The position numbers and the translations under genes were made by a program. Below, piece by piece: positions 13,416-25,687 of a stretch of 64,000 nt of DNA. How positions within the stretch are numbered: position 1 is the first letter of the stretch; every line of letters begins with the position of its first letter. The DNA lies in contig NC_043018.1 of assembly GCF_006345805.1 (NCBI RefSeq), forward strand, positions 3,100,001 through 3,164,000, given 5' to 3'. The DNA comes from Octopus sinensis (taxonomy: Eukaryota). The notes under the pieces were generated by a model, which made no database searches, was not told the DNA's origin, and saw only the letters and a program-made list of their open reading frames with translations.

Positions 13416-13755
13416 AACTTTCCAGGAAATGATTCTCCCACTACTCGAAACTTTCCAGGAAGTAATTCCGCCTCGTCCTCTGATCTTTGCAGGAAGTAAT
13501 TCCTCCACTTCCTCCCTTCTCGGACCTTTGCAGGAAATAACTCATTTCCCTCATTGGGACTTTCCAGGAAGTAAATCCTACCTTTCCTCTCCCTCCTCCG
13601 AACTTTCCAGGAATTAATTCCTCCCACTCCACCCCTCCTCGCCAATTTCCAGGAAGTATTTCCTCCCCTCCTCTCCTTCTTCCCCTCCCTCGGAACTTTC
13701 CAGGAAGTCATTCCTCCCCTCCCCACCCTCCACGGAACTTTCCTGGGAATAATTC
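13416..13755. repeat. Degenerate minisatellite, nine units with core AACTTTCCAGGAAGTAATTCCTCC
   Basis: Core recurs every ~32-47 bp with pyrimidine-rich spacers. Confidence 0.85.
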
Positions 13756-13814
13756 ATCAAACTTCCCCCTTTTATGTCCAGCGTGTACTGTATTTACACT
13801 ACTGATACTCTGTC

Positions 13815-14120
13815 AGTAACAACAACGAAATTTCCAGTTGATTCGATCAGCGGAATATCAAACTTGTGGAATTAACAAAGAAGAAGCTTGGCACTCCACA
13901 AATACTTGTACGCTTAACGTAGTTCTCAGGGTGCTTCAGGGTGACACAGTAGGTGATAAAGCCGGTCCTTCGATATACAGTACTACTCCTTTTAGCGGGA
14001 TGAATGGACTAGAGTTATGTGGAAGAAAATGTCTTGCTCAAGGACGCGACGCGCTGACGGGAAGCGAACTCACAATCTATGGTTCTGTGCCCATTACCCC
14101 AACCACTCTAAGTCGCCCGC
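13815..14120 (-). mobile_element. Old SINE family C-type copy
   Basis: Diverged CTTAACGTAGTTCTCAGGG..GTGACACAG and TGTCTTGCTCAAGGAC segments. Confidence 0.6.
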
Positions 14121-14129
14121 CATTCCTTA

Positions 14130-14184
<55 letters not shown>

Positions 14185-14190
14185 TATATA

Positions 14191-14237
<47 letters not shown>

Positions 14238-14630
14238 ATATATATATTATATATATATATATTATATATATATATATATATATATCTAATATATATATAT
14301 ATATATAGATATATATAACAAAGGGTAAAATTAATTAATAAGAAATGATCAATAATTCACCAAGTAGAATTCGGCATGTAAAAGACCATTTCATGGTAAC
14401 CTTAAGAAATAGCTAAGGTATTTTGACTGCTATTTCTAAACTTCGGTATGTGGTAAAGCAAATCTTTGCTGAACTCTAATTATAAAGTATATATATATAT
14501 ATATATATAAACATATACATATAGCATGCATGTATGTTTAACAGGAATGTGCGTATACATATATAAAGATATACTTATACATTGTGAATGATGTATATAT
14601 AAATAAACATACTAATATATATAATATATA

Positions 14631-14680
<50 letters not shown>

Positions 14681-14687
14681 TCTATAT

Positions 14688-14720
<33 letters not shown>

Positions 14721-14723
<3 letters not shown>

Positions 14724-14785
14724 CGGGAAGCTTTATGAAAATAAACAAAAGACGAAGGCAGGTGGAAAACACAAACGAACAATTG

Positions 14786-14790
<5 letters not shown>
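14721..14790. repeat. Truncated copy of the repeat at 19700-19830
   Basis: AAACAAAAGACGAAGGCAGGTG..AAC..AA..TATTA matches 19710-19760; bounded by (TA)n. Confidence 0.6.
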
Positions 14791-14834
<44 letters not shown>

Positions 14835-15307
14835 GTATATATTTATATATATATCTAGTATGTATGTAAAATCTTGAAGTTTTAGCCTCTGGCAAAAGAT
14901 AACATCGAAAACACAACTATATATTTTTCTTTCGTTTTGAGTGTTTAGATTTTGGGGAAATTGTTTTATTTGACTATTTTTAATTTCTTCATATTTTTCT
15001 CACAATTTTTTACGATTTTTCACTGATTTTTTTACTGTTGTTTGCAATTGTTTTTCAATAAATTCTGGTGAAGTCAATAAACTTCATTCATATGAAATGA
15101 AACAAAACAACAAACACAAACAGAAGACAAAGAGAAACCGAGGAACAACAAGTGCAAACAGAAACTTAGTGACGAGCTATTATTATTCACATAATAAAAT
15201 AACAAATATTCTCTTTTTTTTTTTTTCGTGTAGCAAACGGAAATAAAGTGTAAAATGAATGCTTTTAGGTAAGCCGGAAACAGATATAGATATATAGAGA
15301 GAACATA

Positions 15308-15309
<2 letters not shown>

Positions 15310-15360
<51 letters not shown>

Positions 15361-15388
15361 TAGTAGTAGTGCTAGTAGTAGTTGTAGT

Positions 15389-15420
<32 letters not shown>

Positions 15421-15470
15421 TAGTAGTAGTTGTAGTAGTAGTAGTAGTAGTAGTTGTAGTAGTGGTAGTT

Positions 15471-15514
<44 letters not shown>

Positions 15515-15598
15515 TGTAGTAGTGGTAGTTGTAGTAGTAGTAGTAGTATTAGTAGTAGTAGTAGTAGTAGTTGTAGTAGTAGTAGTGGTGGTAGTAGC

Positions 15599-15643
<45 letters not shown>

Positions 15644-15668
15644 TGTAGTAGTAGTAGTAGTAGTAGTT
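15310..15668. repeat. (GTA)n microsatellite with GCA/GTT variants
   Basis: Direct reading. Confidence 0.97.
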
Positions 15669-16773
15669 GCCCTTTCTGTTATAGACACATGACATGTAAT
15701 GTGAGGAAGGGGTCAGATTGAATAATAATTTTGAAAACAATACAGATAGCCTGCAAAAACAAACATGGCTGCTGCAGATAATAGAGATAAGATTCAATAT
15801 AAACGTTCTTTTACGTAATTCCAGGGTAAATATTGCAGGTTTGCCTACGCGGGATTTTGCTGTGTACGTAGTTCTCTCGCCTTGATTACATCCACCTTCC
15901 TCTTCTCTCATCCCCACTCTTTCTCTCTACGACCCTCTGACCCACGCTCTCTCTCCTCCCCATTTCTCTCTATCAATCTTTGATACTGTCAGTATAGTTT
16001 CTGTATAGTCTGCTGTTTGAGTTTCGGCCAATGGACAGCGCTGAAACATGGCTTCGGCATTTATATGATATTTGATTGATCTTCTCAGAAACGGAAAAGG
16101 ATACGTCCACTCTTTTGTTTTAGGTTATAAAAACAAGTTTAATAGTGCGCAGGCGAGCGAAGCTGTGTGGTAAGTAGCTTGCTTCCTAACCGCATGCTTC
16201 CGGGTTCATTTCATTTGGCTGATGTATTGATTGTTGGTTCATATCACATAACAAATATGCTTTCTTTTCTAGACATAATTACTCTAAAGAATACCTGTTG
16301 ATATTAATATAAATTCTTCCTCGTTGTTACAGGTAAAATAAAACCCTGTACAACCTGTAATACTGTCCACTTGTTGGTGACTTATCCCGTAGCACCAACA
16401 TTTTGCTAGTAACACAGTAGGATGAAAAAATACGTTTCAAAAGGAAGGATGCGTCACGTAGTGATTCAACCATCAGTGAGCTATATAGTGTGGGAGTAAA
16501 GAATATAGTACGATGGTACGATAGTAAAAGTACGATAGTAAAACTAGTAGTTGCGTGCGATGAACTTCCGAGATATCACCGTGTCACTCGCATTTCAGAA
16601 TTCTTTACCCCAGTAGATGATGGTTACTTTTGGCCCTAACCGACGGACGTACTTCTATGGTAAAACAGATTAAAAACACTCATTGCATTATATCCTAGCG
16701 TATGTAAAATTATTTTGACAATATCCAGGTGATTAGAACATGTTTGCTGATGAGAACGGTTGCTTACTTTATA

Positions 16774-17005
16774 CGTTTCTTTATTGCCCACAGGGGGCTA
16801 GACACAGAGGGGACAAACAAGGACAGTCAACGAGATTAAGTCGATTGCTTCGACCCCAGTGCGTAACTGGTACTTACTTAATCGACCCCGAAAGGATGAA
16901 TGGCAGAGTCGACCTCAGCGGAATTTGAACTCAGAACGCAACAGCAGACGAAATGCCGCTTAGCGTTCCACTCGGCATGCTAATGATTCTGCCAGCTCGC
17001 CGCCC
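16774..17005 (-). mobile_element. SINE family A (tail A), full length, 13-bp TSD
   Basis: TGCTTACTTTATA at 16761-16773 and 17006-17018. Confidence 0.9.
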
Positions 17006-17924
17006 TGCTTACTTTATAATCACTTCTTGGAGAATGTCTTAATGTGCAATCTGTAAGTTGAAACAATATTTTCCCAATGTAATTCTTAATGCAACGTTAC
17101 TGCAATGTTGTAAATTTGTGATATGTGTGGTAGGAACTTGAATAATGATCAGCTCTCATATCACCGTCACATCCGTGCTAATCCTTAAACTTCGTGACAT
17201 TGACTGATTGAAGTATTTCCGTGCAACGTTATCAAAGTTTTAGGTGCATGCAGTCATGAATAAATATATTACATAAATCGAACGTTGAATTATCAACATT
17301 CTCTGAAGTATTATTTGCGTTGGAAGGAAATGGTATAGTTATAAGTCGAAAGACAATATCCATCATCATTCTTAAGTCTTCATAAACCAATTAGGAAAAA
17401 GGTAAAAGTTACAACTGCATCTAAAGCCAGATCCAGATGATCGAAGTAAAAGGTGTGTCCCACTCAAAGAAACTCGGGGTTATTTGATGGCATTGATTCA
17501 GACAAGATATTAAGTGTAATATCCCGCTAAGATATTTTCCATCCGATTACCTACAGTTTCCTTCAACCCCATATCTCCCCAAAGACTAGGTCGACTAGTG
17601 ACAATCGCACAAATTACTCAAGGTACCATAGAGTAGGAACGAAAACAGAAACATGCTTGCGATGCAAAGTGAACTGCCTAACCCCACGACTAATCTTACT
17701 CACATTGTTAGTTCGGTTGTATAACACTATTACATAATGCCACCAAATCGGTTGGATTCTTGACGTTGTTTCAACTAAAATGATTTTAAAAAATGATTCA
17801 AATTTAAATTAATTGCAATCGTCACGAAAAGTATTCGTGCGGGGAAAATATTGTGACACATCTTGCAAGGAAGATAAAAACTTAAGAATCAAGGATTTCT
17901 TTTGATATTAAGAATTGAAAAATC

Positions 17925-18130
17925 GACGAATTGGCAGAATCGTTATGACACCGGGAAAATGCTTACCGGCATTTCGTCCGTCTTTACGTTCTGAGTTCAA
18001 ATTCCGAAAACATGTCCTTTGCCTTTCCTCCTTTTAGGTCGATAAAAAAAGAGCCAGTAAGACACGGGGGTCGATGTAATCGACTAGTACCCCTCACTCC
18101 TACAGTGCAGGCCCTATGCCTATAATAAAA
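17925..18130 (+). mobile_element. SINE family A, tail B, diverged
   Basis: TGGCAGAATCGTT..GTTCTGAGTTCAAATTCC..GGGGTCGATGTAATCGACTAG. Confidence 0.7.
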
Positions 18131-19784
18131 TAAATATTAAGAGTCGTAATCTTTAAGATGAATTTAATTGCTTTGTAGTTGGGATTAAAATTACAGAGAA
18201 GAAAAGTCCTTGTTAAAGAGTAATTGCAACGGTATGTTGGTTTGTTTACATTCCCTGTAAATTAGCATCCCGGCAAAAGAAAACGCTAATATGAAAATGA
18301 GTCCCGAGTCATAACTTGAAGGTGGAACTTTAGCATAATCGTTGGCCGGTTACTGGAATAAATTAGAAAATAAAGGAATAGAATGAAAGTTAATTCTTTC
18401 AGTCTGTATGTGAGTCATTAATCCACTCCGTGTCCATTACATGTGTTGTTATATTTTTCTTTAGTCACTTTAAGATTTGGCAGGAATGGATGAAATGTAT
18501 TTGCTGATGAAGTCAATTAATACTAGAAAATATCCAAATATGTAAACGTACTTTCAAACGTTAAATCAACGGTCTGTACTTAATTGATACTAATTTATAT
18601 TGCGAGGTTGTTTCACATTAAAGTTATTATATTTTCTCATTGAATATGTAATTTTAATCAGTTACAATTCCTTTGTTCACTGCAGGAAATATGTTAGTAT
18701 TAATTGTAGTAATCAGTTAACCAGAGTTTAATCACATTAAACTCGAGAAGTCAAGATGTTTAGGTTATACATGGAGTTTACATATATGTGTGAGCGCTTG
18801 TGTCTATCGTTACTGACCGGTCCAGGTGTAGGAGAAAAAAAAACTTGTAGCGGTGGCTATCTCGTTTCGTTTTTGTGTTTTTCCTTTGTTTTGTACCATA
18901 TTTATGACTGTGTTCTCGATTGTTTGCTCTCTTTTCTGTGCGACTCAACGCAGGGATTTAGAGAAGACACCGATTTTCTTTGTTATTTTAACTAGATCGA
19001 GGTAGACCGTATAGGTCCGTCTGTTAAGTGTAGAGTACAATAGTCCAGATAGACACAGTTTGTACTCGTCAACCTTGAATAATCTGAAGACGCCTCGACG
19101 CCCAGTACTGGCACGGGTTCCTCACCATCTTTTTCAATAGATTTTTTTCCAGGCATTCTGTATCATCATTTAAACAAAATGGATGCCAGAATTTGGTAAG
19201 CATTATGAAATAATTATTACAAGGACATTTCCATAATTCTATAAAAAAAATGTCAAGCAAACTATAATAAATATTGATCATTCGTTTGTCGATTTCTCTA
19301 TTTAATATATAATTTTAAGGGAGAAAAATGCAACGATAACGATTCAGTAATTTCTAAGATGCATGTTAGTTTTGACATTTGAATATCGCAGAATACATAT
19401 GCATCTTTCTTGTACATGTCTAGCGATCATTCTCACATTTTTTCTCTCTTTGTAACTGTATTTATGACATTTATGTAGATGGGTAAGTGTGTGCATTTGG
19501 GAAAGAGAAAGTGTTTGAATAAATGAAAATTTCGGGGATGTAATTGGACGATTGCATCAACAGCAGTGTTCTTACTGGTACTTTTGCTGGATTTTTGCTA
19601 AAATTTGAAACCAAGATTTCTGCTCGTATATCCTAGTGTGAAGTACATCTGCGATTCTTAACGTTGTTCTTGTGTGATGTAGCAATTTACTGTTATGTTG
19701 AAATTTATAGTAAAACAAAAGATGAAGACAGGTGTATAAACAACAAGCAAATATATTAGTTTGACGCTCGGGAAAGTGAAAAAG

Positions 19785-19822
19785 TCTTTCACGTTTCGAG
19801 CCTGCGCTCTTCAACAGAAAGA
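19785..19822 (-). ncRNA. Minimal type I hammerhead-like motif, degenerate
   Basis: TCTTT-CTGTTGA-A-GAGC(gcag)GCTC-GAAAC-GTG-AAAGA: 5-bp stem I, 4-bp stem II, two core deviations. Confidence 0.5.
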
Positions 19823-20349
19823 AATAAGAGAAAATTAACAAAGAAAGAGTGTTTAAGACTTGTAGGTTTAAGTGGTCCAGTTAAGATGTACAAAATGAAA
19901 TTTCTGACTTTGAGTTACCTCAGCTAAATTTCTATGCTTATCATTAGTTTTCATTTTGTTATATCTTTTTCAGGTTTTCAACTACATTTCACGGATTAAT
20001 TTGTTTTAGTAGTTCATTTATGCTGCTTCATATTTTTCCTATTGCCTGTTTCAACTGCTCTGTATTGTCTCGGTTTTGTCAATGTCATCTGGATTGTTTA
20101 AAATTTCCGTTGCTGCGTTTCGCTTGTCTTCAAAGAATGTATGTATCACTGAGTGTAACAACGACAGGTGGCAAATATTTTAATCCCGTGAATAAAATAA
20201 GCAAAGAGAAATACAAAATGGCCGATAAATGTCTGGCGCAGACGTTTCACTAAAGATAAGCAATTCTTTGGCACCTTGACTCAGATATTAGATGCATAAT
20301 ATCTATCAAATACAAAAGAAACAATATGTATAACATATATGTATCTACA

Positions 20350-20430
<81 letters not shown>

Positions 20431-20851
20431 GTCTGTGTGTATGTATATATATATTTATATATATATGTGCATACATACATACACACACACATATGCGTAT
20501 ATACATAAATAAATACATGTATATACATGCACACACACACACACACATATATATGTATATATATATATATATATATAACATAGATGTGTGCTTTTGCGCG
20601 TATGTGTCAGTGGAACGACGCCAATAATAACATAAAATGGACTGCATTTTCTAAGAGTTTTTTACATATAAATTTACGAGTTATTTTGACGTGACAAATT
20701 TAATTAGATCATATATCTTTATTATGTTAACATGAAAAATGAGATATTTTTTCATAATTACGTTTTGTGTTTGACATTTAAAATATAACAAGAAACACAT
20801 TTTTTGTTTAAATTTATATATTGCCATTTGAACGAATTCTAATGGTTCACG

Positions 20852-22134
20852 TACAAGGGTTGGATGAAAAGTTCAAAGGGGGACGAAGACAATCTCATGT
20901 CATGGACTGTTACCAAATGTAGTTTATTTTTCAAACTAGTCACTCTCGTGGTTCTCACATTTCTGCAGTAGGTTTGGAAGTGCTTGGTTTCCATAGGGGC
21001 AGAAGGATTTCATCAACAGCAGATATGATGTCATCCTCACTGCGATACTGGGTCTCAGCCAAGGTATTTTTTCATGTTAGGAATAAATAATAGTCAGACG
21101 TGGCCAAATCAGGAGAATAGGGTGGGGTGATCAACCAGTTGAAAGCCACAGTTACGCACAGAAACCATTGAAACCAAGGTCTTGTGTGGTGAGCATAGTT
21201 CTGGTGAAGCAAAAACTCTTTTGCTAGACATGCTGGGAATTTGGTTTGATAGCCCTTCGTAGTTGCCTTAGCAAGTTGATTATCTGGCCCTTTTGAACAT
21301 ACTCAGTAAACAAAAGCTTTTTGCAAGGTATTTATTGAGTATCTTAAAAAAATTGAGCCCTTTAATTTCCTTGCAGATGCAACGACCTTGGCCATCTTTG
21401 GAACAGTTGATGAGGGCTGTTGCCATTGCATGGATTGTCTCTTTGTTTTTGGTTCAAAGGCGTAAACCTAACACCCAACATGGTTCGGAAACCTTCAAGA
21501 TAACTCCTTAGATCTGGTTGAAACAATGTAAGATTTTCCCGTGATGTGATCAGCCTGGTGTGCTTTTGATCAAGTGTCAGAAGAAGTTGCACCGACCGAG
21601 TAGAAACCTTTGTGATGCCAAGTTCACTGTGAAGAATATTTTCAACTCTCTCACAGTTTATGTTAATCGCATTAGCGATTCGATTCATAGTCAATCACTG
21701 GTAATCCATCATTATCTGAAGAACACGATCAATTTTTCCACGGTGGTGGCAGATGGAGGATGGCCAGACCTTGGGTCATCTTCAAGACCCTTCCTTGGCC
21801 TCTTCAATTCAACGTCCCAGGGTCGCACTGTTGATAAAGCTGGAACATTCTCTCCTAATGATAGCAACGTTGTCAGTACGTATGTCCTTGGGAAGGAGGG
21901 CAAAATCCTTTTTCTGCACATGTTAGTAACACCACGATGCCAAATGTTGTCGACTTTCCAGAGAAACCGCTAATAGTAACTTTTAAAGCTTTCTGTCAAA
22001 ACTTTAAAAGTTACTATATGTTAGTTTATCTGGAAAGGAACAATGTAGTATGGAAAAAGGTGAGTTGAAATTAATGCATGCAAGATTTCACATCTCCAGC
22101 ATAGTTCCTGTGAAAGTTTCAGCCCACACTTGTA
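20852..22134 (-). mobile_element. Full-length decayed mariner (Tc1/mariner) transposon
   Basis: Imperfect TIRs TACAAGGGTTGGATGAAAAGTTCA / TGAAAGTTTCAGCCCACACTTGTA, TA ends, 1.28 kb. Frameshifted transposase: GENVPALSTV..W..E.KR.R..LEDDPRSG; ERVENILHSELGITKVS.R.V..LLT.DQK.TRLITSRENL. Confidence 0.92.
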
Positions 22135-22928
22135 GTAGTGGATGTAAGTATTAGAATGTAACCGCTTCCCTTCTCTATTCGAGACAAATTCTTATGATAT
22201 AAAATAAGGAGAAATAGCAATATTGATGAAATTCGAATTATGCAATAGAAGCATCTCTAAAATAAAATCTTTATGTTGAAAAGTCAAAAGCTGAAGTTTT
22301 CGTTCAATAAAAAAGAAATCCTGTTAGAAATATAATATATATTTCAGAGCTAGACGAAACGAAATCACTTTGGAAATGACTACGAGAGTGACAGTTTAGC
22401 ACTTAACGGTTTATGTGGATTGTCAAAGCCACCTATTCGTGTCATCTACGAAACGAGGCCTGAAGTATATAGACACAGTTATAAAAATTACACTAGACTT
22501 GCTATGACGCCTCTTTGGCTGAATAAAATTCTAATTGTGCAATAAGAGCCGCTCTAGAATATAATCGCTCTACATAGCTAAACTATGTGTCTTGTTGAAA
22601 AGTTAGAAACTGCAGCTTTAGAATTACGCCATAGATTTCAGGACGAATTCTTTATACTTAGCTCTCAAGTATATTTCGTTTTTCAATAGAATATTAATAT
22701 AAAGGGATGTTTTCCTGGAAGAAATCTGTAGCTTTTCGCTTTTGAATGATATACGTACGTTAAGTATGTTATATAGATTAAGAAAACATTGATAATGTAT
22801 ACTGAGAAATTGCTCTCAGGTTATCTGTTTGTTAGCTGAGAAAATGATTTTCCTTCCTCTACTTCTTGACAGACTCTATAAAACATAATTGTGTTACTGT
22901 ATTCATGCTTGTGTGTGTGTGTGTGTGT

Positions 22929-22960
<32 letters not shown>

Positions 22961-23299
22961 TGTGTGTGTGTGTGTGTCTGTGTGTGTGTGTCTATGTGTG
23001 TGTGTCTGTGTGTGTGGTGTGTGTGTGTGTAACTGTATACATCTGCTTTTGAATTTTCACAAAAACAGTCTTATGACGCTTATCCTGCTAATATTTCGAA
23101 GTCATTGATAAAATTTCACGAGTTAAATTCCAAAATATACACTCTACTAAAAATTCATTATTAGCAGTATTAGTACCAAAATGTAATTTTTATATCCGAC
23201 TAAACATGGTTGTCTATTTAGAACAACAAATACCCCTTATGTAGGCCATTAGTGTATCATAGCACACGAGAATCGTCTCTTACAAGCACTTGAAGACCT

Positions 23300-23502
23300 A
23301 TATCACGTGATTTCCGTCTGCTGGACATCATCAGTGAAAGGCAACCGGTCACTGCATGCCAAGCAAATTTCTCTGCCACGATATATAGACAGAATATCAG
23401 CATTTTTCCAAACTCTAATATCCCAAATAGCTATATTTCTTGTTATGGAATGACTGGCTGCGATCCACCGATGAAAACTAAAAGACCGAAATCACGTGAT
23501 AT
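23300..23502. mobile_element. Old inverted repeat (~75-bp arms), each arm carrying a hammerhead-like motif
   Basis: ATATCACGTGATTTCCGTCT at 23300 vs AGACCGAAATCACGTGATAT ending at 23502; patchy similarity continues inward. Confidence 0.6.
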
Positions 23503-23971
23503 GTGAGTTCCGGCATTGGATAATGAATCAATGTAGGCTTTCTATGTATAACTTATAACTGATTATTCTGTTGAGACAGCCAATGTGCATAACATTCAAT
23601 AATTTCGCTAAATTGAACTGGAAGACCTACGCTGTCGTTCTGCAGTGATTCCCACCGAGCGGTTGAGATACTCACAAGACTTATAGGCAATGAACGCGTG
23701 TGTTTTTACGACATGTGTGGATGGATTGCGTTTGAATGTGTGGCGTAAAAGGTTCTAGAACACGTAAGGATAACGTCCTGACATGTGTTTGATTAAGAAC
23801 ATGTTCTAGCCACCACTCACAACTCAAAGAGCAACAACATGCAGTCACCCTCATAAACAAGCATACGTGCACGCGTATATGTGTGCATACGTACATACAT
23901 ACTTACAGACATGCAAGCAAACGTATACACGCGCACACACACGCACACACACACACACACATATATATATG

Positions 23972-24006
<35 letters not shown>

Positions 24007-24269
24007 TTCATCTTCATATACACAACGTGTGATGTAAAAATTGTCGCCATTTTATATTCTTAATTTCGTGAATCCCAATTGATTATTTTTCATTTTGTCG
24101 ACTACCCAGTTTTATAGGGTCGGCCAGGCACCGTCTTTGAGACAAAACTGCACACAATTCACTCTGCCACACATTTGGAAACGATTTGTCTTACCTGCTT
24201 AGCTGGAAGCTCCAATACGAACATTTCAGAGTGTTTGAGTGTCAATCTACGAACATACACAGAGAAGGA

Positions 24270-24350
24270 TAATAATCAAACATCCAGCCAACACCATGGT
24301 GCTGGGAGTGATCACTAGTGATGACGACCTTACGCCTCCAATCATCGATT
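24270..24350 (+). pseudogene. Small Tc1/mariner (DD37D/maT-like) transposase fragment
   Basis: KHPANTMVLGVITSDDDLTPPII resembles KHPASVMVFGVVSSDGDVMPP. Confidence 0.5.
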
Positions 24351-24394
24351 TCCCCTCACAGCTGCACGATTTTCCCTCACATATATTTTCCCTC

Positions 24395-24705
24395 AGTTCT
24401 GCTGGCTTTAAAATTGGCTTTATGGTCTTTTAGTGTAATATACCTCTTTGTATATATTTGCGTTGTATCTGTGACACTATTCGAAATCAGGCGCTTATAA
24501 ACGTCCTTATCGAGTGCATATAAGTTCCTTGTCTTATCAGAATTAAGGAAGATCTTATTCGAGTTGTTAATCTCCTTAATTTTTTCTCTCATATTTCTCT
24601 GTAATTGGTTGCTATATTTGCGGCATTTAATTTTCCTAATAACTTCGAAAAGGTCTTTCTCGAAGGAATAGGTGGTGGATTTCTGGGAGATTTAAGTCCG
24701 TATAT
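24395..24705 (-). pseudogene. Penelope-like RT N-terminal region fragment
   Basis: YGLKSPRNPP / FEKDLFEVIRKIKCRKYSNQLQRNMREKIKEINNSNKIFLNSDKTRNLYALDKDVY...YITLKDHKANF; matches the PLE motifs ADKTRNLY and ITLKDHK. Confidence 0.8.
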
Positions 24706-25290
24706 ATATATATATATATATACAGATGTCAATACGTATCTTGAGCTGAAGTAGATATGGTGATAAGGTCGCAGGAATTCGAGAAAAGGTTGCTGCACTG
24801 GTTAAATGAGATGGATTATCTTTCGAAGTGAAGTATACACGAAGCATAATAGGAACATATTAGAAAAAGGAAACAAAAACACAAAGAAATTTGTACCATA
24901 AAATGTTTTAACACTTTCCGATTTTCAAGCTCATATATTGCATGATTGGAGATAGAAAGTTATTGGCAAACTATGAAAAAATTGGCTAAAAATTTTCGAA
25001 TTCCCAACAGCTTTTACATTATAAAAGGAGGCAAATACTATTCACCAAAACATAAATGATATATCATTGGAAACTTTTCGCAATTTATCAGATTACTAAC
25101 TGAGAAAATGTATTCTACTTCATTTAAATCAGTAATTATCGTATTAAACCTTATATTTTTCCAGAATATTCAGTCTTTTCCCATGTACAGTCTACACACG
25201 CACAATAATACGCACTCACAAACATGCACATACGTATACACACACACATACGAACACATACCTGCACCCCACTATTTACTGACTTATATG

Positions 25291-25351
<61 letters not shown>

Positions 25352-25626
25352 CATTTATTAAGATTATATACTTATATATATATATACACTCAAATATATA
25401 TATATATATATATATATTTGTTAAGATTATATATTTACATATATACACTCATATATATGAATAAATACATATGCTTACATGTGATTGGAAATATATTTTT
25501 GTGCGTGTGTGTATGTATACGCGTATTGGAGTCTATGTATTTGTGAGTACGTAAATATATATAAATGTATGTATATATATATATATATTAATATACCTAT
25601 ATATTCATTTATATAAATATATATAC

Positions 25627-25687
<61 letters not shown>

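Noticed and set aside
16015-16065. Minus-strand GCCATG..CATTGGC-C-GAAACTC hairpin resembling a hammerhead
   Set aside because: The core is not CUGANGA and there is no stem I pairing.
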